DNA of 62,807 nt, the filler included, from Perkinsus chesapeaki ATCC PRA-425 (Eukaryota > Protista > Perkinsozoa): assembly GCA_013115145.1 (NCBI GenBank). It is 9 parts of 9 records of this genome, joined end to end, with 100 filler letters (N's around TTAATTAATTAA, not from the genome) between each part and the next. Parts side by side here need not be neighbours in the genome. Positions count along the whole stretch, not along the records: positions 24,517 to 42,668 come from JAAPAO010000673.1; 8 more parts are not named here. One strand, written 5' to 3'. This document shows, one piece after another, positions 26,492 to 36,551 of this stretch. The position numbers and the translations under genes are program-made. The stretch's first letter is position 1. Every line of letters starts with the position of its first letter. The notes below the pieces were generated by a model, which did not search any database, was not told where the DNA came from, and was given only the letters and a program-made list of their open reading frames with translations.

Positions 26492-27817
26492 TCAGAGACG
26501 ACCTCGGATATTCTTGGGGCTGATGCGGAATCGACTTATAGCACCTTGAATAGTGCCGAGCACATCAAGAGCACCACCACGAGGGCGTATAGGATGGCCT
26601 TGAGTGTCAATAGGTAAAGCATAGTGCAACAGTAATCGCTTAATCCATTGTTTGTCGATTCCTAACCCCATCAGCATAGCGACTGTACCGGTTACCATTG
26701 GAGTTGCAAATGATGTACCATAGTAGTGTATAGGCGAGCCTTCATTATCTAGACCAACTTGTATCCATAGTCCAAATGCGGCAATGTCCACCACACTGCC
26801 ATAATTGCTCCAACGAGCCAAGGTGTAGGTGTCGTTGTCATTAAGGGCGCCAACGCAGATACCATACGGTCCACCATGAGAGCAGGGATAGCACTCGTAA
26901 GCATCTTTACCTTCATTACCAGACCCAGAAACAACAATAATGCCTTTACGTTCAGCTGCATCTAGTGTCCTTCGATACAAATCTCTACTAGCAACAGACA
27001 TATACTGAAATTCGGTACGGATTGACGCGGATATGATATCCACGCCGATGTCGATTGCCATGTCAATGCCTTCGCAGATGTCGGCTACGTTACCACGACC
27101 GTTCCCGTCGAGGACCTGCATGCTCGCCAACTTGACGTTGGGAGCCATACCGACCATACCATAAGAGTTGTTGCCCTTGGCAGCCATGAGGCGCGCAATG
27201 CTGGTGCCGTGTTGATGAGTAATGTTCTGCTTCGAAGTCTTGTTGACGAAATTCCAGGCACCATAGAAGATCCCTCCACTGGACTTTCTGAATATCCCTT
27301 CCAGGGGAGCAAGGTCGGGGTCAGTGAAGTTGACGCCAGTGTCCAGGATCGCCACGGATACAGTGCGAAGTGAATAGCGGCTCAGAAGGTCCCAAACTTC
27401 ACCCATACGCATACGTTTGAAGTGATCTTGGGTAGTGGCACCAGGATCGTTAACGTGCAGACTTGGATCAAGCTGCTGGACCTCCGCGAAAGCGTTACCG
27501 CCACATTTGACGTCGAGCTTCGGGATAACCTTGGCAGCGTCCTCGGCAAAGGCACATAAAGTGTGAGACTCGATAGTGTCGGGGGAAGTGTGAACTATCT
27601 GTATGTTGGCATTAGTAAGTGTACTCACTTTGACGCTCTTCAGGAAGGATCGCATGTTATCGTCAGCAGAGGAGCTCATATCATCTAGTAAGGAGGGAAG
27701 ACGGCGAATATCCACCAGCGAACCATCTGACATGATAGACAGTAGGGTGCGATCATCAGCGAGTTCTTCTGAGAAGACATGGGTGGCTAGAGCAGACACC
27801 AGTGAGAATAGTAGCAT
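26492..27817 (-). CDS. Secreted subtilisin-like serine protease (S8), intronless
   Basis: Signal peptide MLLFSLVSALATHVFS; catalytic triad VAILDTGV / HGTSIA / GTSFATPMVTG; oxyanion residue in SGNEG. Confidence 0.93.
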   Translation of the reverse strand: MLLFSLVSALATHVFSEELADDRTLLSIMSDGSLVDIRRLPSLLDDMSSSADDNMRSFLKSVKVSTLTNANIQIVHTSPDTIESHTLCAFAEDAAKVIPKLDVKCGGNAFAEVQQLDPSLHVNDPGATTQDHFKRMRMGEVWDLLSRYSLRTVSVAILDTGVNFTDPDLAPLEGIFRKSSGGIFYGAWNFVNKTSKQNITHQHGTSIARLMAAKGNNSYGMVGMAPNVKLASMQVLDGNGRGNVADICEGIDMAIDIGVDIISASIRTEFQYMSVASRDLYRRTLDAAERKGIIVVSGSGNEGKDAYECYPCSHGGPYGICVGALNDNDTYTLARWSNYGSVVDIAAFGLWIQVGLDNEGSPIHYYGTSFATPMVTGTVAMLMGLGIDKQWIKRLLLHYALPIDTQGHPIRPRGGALDVLGTIQGAISRFRISPKNIRGRL

Positions 27818-28995
27818 TTTGAGAATTGCTAACGCAAAGAGTGAACCGAAATGGAAATCTCTCCACACGTCACCCTTCTGAGACGTGACATACGATACGC
27901 TGGTCGCCTGTCACTTGACGGGGCGCGTCTCTCTCTAGCTAGACTAGTCAGGTCTTCTCCTTAGATCGACCTGTTTAGCCACCATGGCTCGTCTACCATC
28001 TTTTGGATGATACGCACGTAGAGGATGCAATCATGTCTTCCAGTCGCGTTTCTAATATGGGTGTATTACATGCCGTGTCGAAAGACTCAACGTGGCACAC
28101 GGGGCGACTAGTGCGCCACTGGAGCGCGTATCTTTCCACGTTCATGCACTACCGGACTCCGAATATTTCCTATCGTATGTCGGTAGTCCTCTGTTGCGAA
28201 CGTTGTCGGTGCAACTCCACCCCCCCCCCTTTCTCTTTTTCTCCCTCCCACTCCGCCCTGGGGATCCTTATGCTATCTGCGCGGCCCTGTCTACTCTACT
28301 ATCCTTTACGGTCCGTTTTAGCAGCCACCCTGCGGACGGCTTGTCACCGTATTCTCGAATATCATCCGCACAAGGCGTGCGGGCTGAAGGTTTCCCATGT
28401 CCAATCTACACTCGTTGCGTTGCTCCAGGGGCCAGAGCGCTAGTCTATTCGACACAATACGATATAGCGCGTGATGTTTCGGTTCACGTTAACTATACGC
28501 AAATGATTTTGATAGAGGATAGTTCTCATATTTGCAATGAAACCGAATAATTCGTATTCTCAGATGTCTGACTCATTATTAAGTGGTGCGGCAACATTAA
28601 ATTTAGAGTACGATGAGAATCAGAAACCTGACAGTTTATCGATCAACCGTCTTAGTATTACTTGGGAGTTATTCAGCGTGTTGTGGAGTTAGCTTACGGA
28701 TTAAATCAAATCGAACTTGAATCGCAAACCTCTCCGTCAGAAAGTATAAATTTTGTCAGTTCCTATCCCACATCATCAGCCGTTCGGGCATATTTCAGCG
28801 ATTCAGAAATCTTCATAGGCCTTGTTCCCTCCAACTTGGTAGCTCACTCTATTAAGCGGCGCTATAAAATTGGTTGAGCCACTTGTGATATGAATTGAAT
28901 GACTATAGAAACCCGAGGCCGTCAAGCTTTTGAAGAAAAGAAGTTACTAAAAGAGTAGTCGGACTAACCATAAGGGGTCTGTCCACAGTCCCAGT

Positions 28996-30756
28996 ATGGA
29001 CCAACCTGCCGATTCACGGCCACAGTTTAGCCTGAATAAACCACGCGTGCGCTCCAGCAGCACACACACATGAAGTGCAGAAAATAGAAGAACTGATTGG
29101 TAACTTGGATAGCTCACTAACGAGCCCGTGCTGCTCATCCAAGCAGCTCCTCACTGAAGGGCACCGAGTCGGTACCCTTCAGTCGGTATTACCGACAAAT
29201 AATCACGGCCATGGCTCGGCCCGAGCATATCGAGTGTGTGTTAAAGTTACACACGCTCTATCAAGCACATCGAGTGCGAGTAGACTCTACTCAGTAGAAA
29301 TAAGACCATAGACAGTAGTAAGGCTGGAAGATTGACCACGAAATTGAAGGTTACTACCCAACCAGCTTCCTCATGACCACAGTCTGTTTGGCAATGCTTG
29401 AAGTGACCGTATCCGTCTCAACATCGTATGTGAATTCATACAGGCTATTACGTGCATCAAATCGGCACCGGGTGCTGATAGTCTCGATGAACATCGTGTA
29501 ATTCAGAGAACTGATGGGGTCGATAGTATAGGGATAATTCCACAGCAGTTTCAGGCGTCCCGAATTAAACGTCCCACCAATACAGAAAACGGTTTCCAAA
29601 ATCTGGTAAGGCTCCGACCCAAACCACTCGGTTTCAACGCCCACATCGTTACCCATATAGCTGATTTGCCCGAGATATCTGCCGCCCAGGATGGCTCCCA
29701 GACACGAGCTACTGACCGAAAGTAGGATGGTTAATAGGATAACTAACATTATGATAACAACTTACACTTTGAAACAATTATTTAAACAACAATGGCGACC
29801 AAGTAAGGTGTATCGCTAAACCTTTACTGGAGTATAGCTGATGGCAATACCGAATCTACCAGCAATTCAATCTTATGATGCATTCTCAAAACTAATTGAG
29901 GGACCACAACGAACATCGGGGACGAAGCGGGGAGCGTCACTAGGCCACACTGCTCTTCTGTTCCTCCCCGTGGCCCTGGTCAGACATGCCTAGTGTAAAG
30001 CTGGAATGGCTTAAACCAATAGGTTTGCTTAGAGCAGATAGCATAGCACAAGAAGTGTCTATTACCCATGTACCAGAAACTACTGTTATGACTAAAAGTA
30101 TACAACTCTTGTGCACATTTGTCAAATATTATTTGAAGTGAGCGGTGGCTCACATGAGGTAGAGACGACGCAAAAATAGTGCCACTTCAACGACTCGATG
30201 CAATCGGCTTCAGTTAGCGCTGTTAGGACGATTCGTTCCTCCAAGAACGATCTTCACCATGACCACCCAGCACAGAAGATGGATACGCTATACATGCAGG
30301 CAGCTAATTCGCCTAGTTCGCTGCCCTCTCCTCCAAGAGATTGGGACAGTCTAGAAACGTGACATCCTACACTAACTGTCTTCAGTTTATGGACCTCTAG
30401 TATGGATTGTTGCGACGGTCATAGTGGTACGGCCGATCCTATATAGTGTTGCCGAAAGCATTGCCTGATTTTGATCAAAGTGCGAAATGAATTGCCGAAA
30501 ATCACTCACAGGGCTCGTGTACGAATAGTATTCATTATATTGTCATGGCGCAGTTGTGAGCCTCTTGTTATTTTAACATGTTCATTACATCGATGGCTTC
30601 GAATGGCACACGACATAGCTAGATGATGACACTAAGAGCTATTTAATCACCATTTACTGTGCAACTCGGACTTATTTATACAACTGATACATCACATGAC
30701 TTGTACTGTATAGAGCGTTGCCGCTCCGTGAAAGGGAATCCCCTGGAGGAATGCTC
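28996..30756. repeat. Segmental duplication, copy 1 (copy 2 at 31729-33486; offset about 2.73 kb)
   Basis: Near-identical ~1.76 kb by direct comparison, with weaker homology extending ~200 nt further left. Confidence 0.95.
29354..29749 (-). CDS. Secreted ~131-aa protein, lineage-specific family
   Basis: Signal peptide MLVILLTILLSVSSSCLG; single exon; G-R-Y-x-G..YPYTID..SLYEFTYD..TVTSS..VVMRK shared with three paralogues. Confidence 0.85.
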   Translation of the reverse strand: MLVILLTILLSVSSSCLGAILGGRYLGQISYMGNDVGVETEWFGSEPYQILETVFCIGGTFNSGRLKLLWNYPYTIDPISSLNYTMFIETISTRCRFDARNSLYEFTYDVETDTVTSSIAKQTVVMRKLVG

Positions 30757-31728
30757 CACATTGGCTTAGACTAGTAACCACTTGTGCTACACATATACTA
30801 TAAATAACTCCCTTGAATCAAGGGCCTTGATAATGCTGTTATCTCTCCTACTGCTGAAGAACTAGACATGTGAAGCTAGTACATCACAGCAGTAACCTAT
30901 AATCACACCAAGGTCGGACAAGCCCAGCTCGTAGGCAAGAGCTGCTTCTTTGCTGCTGTGCTGAGCCTTAGACCCATCCTGAAGGCCATAGACCCATTTG
31001 AAGAAGGCCTGCACACAGTACAGCCATAGGTACATCTAATCTCGGTGCTGTAGAGCTTCACCTGTAACAGTTACACTAGTCGGTCGCTGGGAATGGCGTT
31101 TTGGCTGTGTTGCCAAATATTCCGGTAGAATTTCGGTCATCTGCGATTGAAGGAATCTGTTGACATCAACGCTCAAAGGTCTTTGAGTTATTAACCAGCT
31201 TAATATTTATATAAAACTCAGTCCCAACACCTCGGAGATGATCCCGTTGCAAACCACCGCCGAAGTATCTACAAAGAATCTATGCTATGGTCTATACTAC
31301 TCTAGCCACTACTCCTACAGTTGACACTATTAATTAGTTTCATAGGTTTAACCTTATCCTCACGATAATACAGTGTCACATTGCCTTTATACGGGCTGGT
31401 GCAATAATAGAGAATAAAGCTTGAACTTGTCAGTTAGTATTGAGTGGTGTTGTGAGGTGAAGCTGTGAATCAGAAACACATCTGAACCCTCTGAAGAGCT
31501 AGCTTTATACCGAACATCTCAACCGCCCGAGTATATTCGGATATATTTCACCGATTAATCTCCATAGGTAATCTCTACAGGATTTTTGGAGCGCTGTAAA
31601 AATTGGTTGAGTGGCTTGAGATTCGAATTAAACGACCCCGGTAACTCGAGACCGTCAAGCTATTAAAGATAATAAGTTACCAAAAGAGCAGTCGGACTAA
31701 GCTTAAGGGATCTGTCTACAGTCTCGAT

Positions 31729-33486
31729 ATGGACCAACCTGCCGATTCACGGCCACAGTTTAGCCTGAATAAACCACGCGTGCGCTCCAGCAGCACACAC
31801 ACATGAAGTGCAGAAAATAGAAGAACTGATTGGTAACTTGGATAGCTCACTAACGAGCCCGTGCTGCTCATCCAAGCAGCTCCTCACTGAAGGGCACCGA
31901 GTCGGTACCCTTCAGTCGGTATTACCGACAAATAATCACGGCCATGGCTCGGCCCGAGCATATCGAGTGTGTGTTAAAGTTACACACGCTCTATCAAGCA
32001 CATCGAGTGCGAGTAGACTCTACTCAGTAGAAATAAGACCATAGACAGTAGTAAGGCTGGAAGATTGACCACGAAATTGAGGGTTACTAACCAACCAGTT
32101 TTCTCATGACCACAGTCCGTTTGACAATGCTTGAAGTGACCGTATCCGTCTCAGCATCGTATGTGAATTCATACAGACTTTTACGTGCATCAAATCGGCA
32201 CCGTGTGCTGACAGTCTCGATGAACATCGTGTAATTCAGAGAACTGATGGGGTCGATAGTATACGGATAATTCCACAGCAGTTTCAGGCGTCCCGAATTA
32301 AACGTCCCACCAATACAGAAAACGGTTTCCAAAATCTGGTAAGGCTCTGACCCAAACCACACAGTTTCAACGCCCACATCGTTACCCATATAGCGGGTAT
32401 GCCCGAGATATCTGCCGCCCAGGATGGCTCCCAGACACGAGCTACTGACCGAAAGTCGGAGGGTTAATAGGATAACTAACATTATGATAACAACTTACAC
32501 TCTGAAACAATTATTTTAACAATGGCGACCAAGTAAGGTGGATCGCTAAACCTATACTGGAGTATAGCTGATGGCAATACCGAATCTACCAGCAATTCAA
32601 TCTTATGATGCATTCTCAAAACTAAATGACAGACCGCAACCAACACGGGCAACAAAGCGGGGAGCGTCACTAGGCCACACTGCTCTTCTGTTCCTCCCCG
32701 TGGCCCTGGTCAGACATGCCTAGTGTGAAGCTGGAATGGCTTAACCCAATAGGTTTGCTTAGAGCAGATAGCATAGCACAAGAAGTGTCTATTACCCATG
32801 TACCAGAAACTACTGTTATGACTAAAAGTATACAACTCTTGTGCACATTTGTCAAATATTATTTGAAGTGAGCGGTGGCTCACATGAGGTAGAGACGACG
32901 CAAAAATAGTGCCACTTCAACGACTCGATGCAATCGGCTTCAGTTAGCGCTGTTAGGACGATTCGTTCCTCCAAGAACGATCTTCACCATGACCACCCAG
33001 CACAGAAGATGGATACGCTATACATGCAGGCAGCTAATTCGCCTAGTTCGCTGCCCTCTCCTCCAAGAGATTGGGGCAGTCTAGAAACGTGACATCCTAC
33101 ACTAACTGTCTCCAGTTTATGGACCTCTAGTATGGATTGTTGCGACGGCCATAGTGGTACGGCCGATCCTATATAGTGTTGCCGAAAGCATTGCCTGATT
33201 TTGATCAAAGTGCGAAATGAATTGCCGAAAATCACTCACAGAGCTCGTGTACGAATAGTATTCATTATATTGTCATGGCGCAGTTGTGAGCCTCTTCTTA
33301 TTTTAACATGTTGATGGCATCGATGGCTTCGAATGGCACACGACATAGCTAGATGATGGCACTAAGAGCTATTTACTCACCATTTACTGTGTAACTCGGA
33401 CTTATTTATACAACTGATACATCACATGACTTGTTCTGTATAGAGCGTTTTCGCTCCGTGAAAGGGAATTCCTTGGGGGAATGCTC
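31729..33486. repeat. Segmental duplication, copy 2
   Basis: Matches 28996-30756. Confidence 0.95.
32087..32482 (-). CDS. Secreted ~131-aa protein, paralogue of 29354-29749
   Basis: 19 nucleotide differences from copy 1 by manual alignment; an Arg substitution lies in the signal-peptide core (LTLRLS). Confidence 0.8.
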   Translation of the reverse strand: MLVILLTLRLSVSSSCLGAILGGRYLGHTRYMGNDVGVETVWFGSEPYQILETVFCIGGTFNSGRLKLLWNYPYTIDPISSLNYTMFIETVSTRCRFDARKSLYEFTYDAETDTVTSSIVKRTVVMRKLVG

Positions 33487-33860
33487 TCTGCCCGTGTACA
33501 TTGCGCTGACGCCCACATCTTGATCTATTATAGCACTATTGGGCTGTAGTGGCAGATGTTTAAGAGAAGCATTCCTATTAGCCCCTTCTCGCGTTACTAG
33601 TATGAACGGACCTCTAACCTCTGGCCTGAATCTCAGGCTGCCGCGCGTGCAGCATCCGAGTCGGATTAGGGAGTTACGTTGTTTACTGATAACGCAAGTC
33701 CTTACCGGCAACTTGTGACATTGGGTAACAGCTGTAGGCGAGGAGCCCTCAGAGATATGATGGCCTCCAGGATCCATACTAACCAAGGACAAGAGCTGGT
33801 ACAGTTGATAAACGACATAATGAATGTAGCACCGCCCAACCTCGGTGGACCACCTAATAC

Positions 33861-34247
33861 TCAAAAAGCATCCTTTTTCATGACCAGTGGTTGGTTGAGA
33901 AAGCTCGAAATGACGGTATTGGCAGTCTTATCGTTTGTGAACTCAAAAAGGCTATTATTAGCCACAATTCCGAAGTGGCGGTTAACATCGTTGATGAAAT
34001 TCTGGTAATCTCCAGAACTAGCGGAATCGATAACATACGGGTAGTACAAAGGATTTATCCTCAAGGGCCGAGATGTTACCCTATCAGCCCACATGACTGT
34101 GTTAATGATGGTGGGAGGGTTACCAGGCGTCCATTCGGTTTGAACGAACATATGCGGTCCTTTAGTAACAGCCGAATACCTCCCATTCGGCTCGGCTTGT
34201 GCACACCAACTATTGATGAGGGTTAGGAGAATACCGAGCAGCAGCAT
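33861..34247 (-). CDS. Secreted 128-aa protein, divergent member of the same family
   Basis: MLLLGILLTLINSWCAQA signal; GRYSA..YYPYVIDSAS..NSLFEFTND..VISSF..VMKK. Confidence 0.85.
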   Translation of the reverse strand: MLLLGILLTLINSWCAQAEPNGRYSAVTKGPHMFVQTEWTPGNPPTIINTVMWADRVTSRPLRINPLYYPYVIDSASSGDYQNFINDVNRHFGIVANNSLFEFTNDKTANTVISSFLNQPLVMKKDAF

Positions 34248-34799
34248 GATAACACGTAACTGCATAACAACGCCAGACACGTATGAATGATATGTTATTG
34301 GTAACACTAATACACTGGATCATCGCCAAATTCATATTACAAGAACGTCAACGTTCGAGCTCCCGGGTGTATCTCATCTGATCCAGTATAATTACGTCCA
34401 GTGGCCAGTTGGTCCAGTGGTGTCACTTTCTCTTCTCAGTTGATCCATCATTATTTCATCCATTGTTATTTCATCCAGCTTGGCAGTTTTGCTGTCGTTT
34501 CAGAATAGAAAAGCGTTTCAAAGGTGTTCGTCTAGTACCATTTCATCCAAGGTATACATCCCGCTTCAACTCAACTGTGGTAGAGTATAGTATGAATAGT
34601 TCATAGTAATACTACTGTGAGCTCCCTCCCTCTCTGCTCTTGCGTGCAACTCCCTAAAGGCGAGCGCTACTACCTTGTGCTGCTTCGGGCGAGCGAGATA
34701 TCTAGCATCCCGCCTTCCTCTGCGACGGCCTCTACGGCTTAGATGGGCTGACAATGAAGCATTGTACAGTTGTTAAATAGTATTTGACTATCGTCGATA

Positions 34800-35688
34800 A
34801 TGGCAAAGTCAATCCGCTCAAAGGTTAAGAAGCGTTTTAGAACGTGTAAGAGGCAGTTGGTGAGTGCTACTATAGAAAAGAAGAGGCTTGTTGATACCAA
34901 TAAAAGGCTAACAGAAGTTGCTGCCGGTAGTACCCTAAATGCTAATCTTGCTCCGCTAAAACTCTCCGACCCAGGCGTGTTCGTAAAGCCCACAACACCC
35001 AAGAATGCCTTTCTTTATCCGGACGATCCAGAGGCGGCCTTCCCTAAGGTACGCCAAGGTCCGATTTTTATGTTGGGAAATTTGTAGTAGGTGATCGTTG
35101 CGAAGCCTTTGGATTTTCGGAGTGAGGCCATGCCGCATAGCGGTTACGCCATTACAGGCAATCGTAGAAAGTAAGGGCATATTTAATGGCGCGTGACGCT
35201 GAATTGCAGGTATGGTGCCTCTGAGTTCGAGAAGATTCCTCGTGTGGTCGTCGGTGATGACATTGGAGGCTCCGTCAGAGCCAAGCTTGCCTTCCAGCAG
35301 GAGTACGACAATGCCGACACTGAAATGGGGACAACTTCTCGACAAGTTGCCAAGCCTGTCCCCGCTACAGGCATCATCACTCAGGTAGGAAATATAGAAA
35401 TGCATTATATTCAATTAATAAACCAACATACTGTGAATTATAAACAAACTCTTCAATTGAAATGTTGGATATATTAGTATCTTTAGGGCGACCTGGCCAA
35501 GGAATCTGCGAAGCAGAAGGGCGAAGGTAGTAGTTGGGTTATTGGGTGAAAGTGAAGGATGGCTGATAGGCTCTAATGTGAAGTTCCAACCTGTGGTGCC
35601 GGCAATGGTATTTAAGCTCCCTAAGAGCCAGAAGCGTAGCAGAGATCGCACCTCGCTTAAGACGAGACGAGGAGCGGATCGCCGCTAA
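34800..35688 (+). CDS. Basic protein with a MAKSIRSK N-terminus (LLP/LAPS18/DUF2423-like), multi-exon
   Basis: MAKSIRSKVKKRFRTCKRQLV..PKNAFLYPDDPEAAFPK|..LDFRSEAMP..GYAITGNRRK; GT-AG introns fit. Confidence 0.7.
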
Positions 35689-36019
35689 CTGGTAATAATG
35701 AGGGTGAAGGGAAAAGGCGAATGGTGGCTTTGGTCAGGGTTCCCTATGCCATCTGTTATATTATCAACGTACTACAACAATAACAGCCCCACAACGTTAC
35801 TTAACTTTTCCGACGAGAAAGAAGGAGAGTCGAGTTGCCAGCAAGTTACTGGGGTTGACAACAGTAGCGGTGAATAGGGGGTCTATAAAGCATCTGAAAG
35901 GCCACTTTAATGAGGCCGCCAGTCAGGCTGCCGCAGCCTCACAGAAGGTGTAGTGTATCGATAAGGCCATTTACGATCTAAAGACCATCTTTGGGGTGTT
36001 TTCGTATCATATAAACGGT

Positions 36020-36520
36020 CTAGGATAGCAGCCAGTGAATCGCAGAGGCCCACCGATTGCTCCCGGAAGGTATTACGTGTCCTTTCCGTTCTTGGAACAA
36101 CTTCCCTGCCACAATTTCTATTATGGCAGGGAAGTTGTTTCCCGAATTTGTCGTGCCAATTTCTGGGTATGATAAATGAAACTTGTATCGCTGATTCAGA
36201 CTCATATCTGTTAGTGTTGATAACCGGTTGGATATTTCCGGATCACTCAGCATACAACTTCGTTTATACCGGGCATTAAAGAGACGACTAATAGACCTAC
36301 GCAACTCACTCCCGTACTGACTAGGCAGCTTCAAGATAATGGCGACATATTATTACATATTAGTTCTGGGTATTTCGATATATATCTGTCTATTGTTCAT
36401 AACATCAAAGTTTACCGGTATGCATCCTCGTCTCTATATCTTGAACAGCTCAGCCTGCTTCGTAAGCAGTAAATGTAGGGCGATACATCTTTACTGGTCA
36501 AAGGAAGGATGCTGACTAGG
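36020..36520 (-). CDS. Possible small hypothetical gene divergent from the ligase gene
   Basis: A 104-aa ORF plus an upstream exon-like frame; no motif. Confidence 0.3.
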
Positions 36521-36551
36521 AAATAAATACTGTCAGTGTTATTTCCGGCGC

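Noticed and set aside
28003-28550. Overlapping 146-aa and 152-aa plus-strand ORFs upstream of the subtilisin
   Set aside because: Non-ATG starts, no motifs, and they cross a C-homopolymer; likely promoter or intergenic DNA.
29075-29311. 78-aa plus-strand ORF identical at 31808-32044
   Set aside because: The identity simply reflects the recent duplication. It starts at GTG, has no motif and covers hairpin-rich flank.
34566-34760. GC-rich segment as a possible ncRNA (SRP-like GAAGCAGC), and GGCGAGCGAGA shared with 15634-15670
   Set aside because: No convincing SRP, snRNA or RNase P/MRP secondary structure could be built by eye, and the matches are too short.
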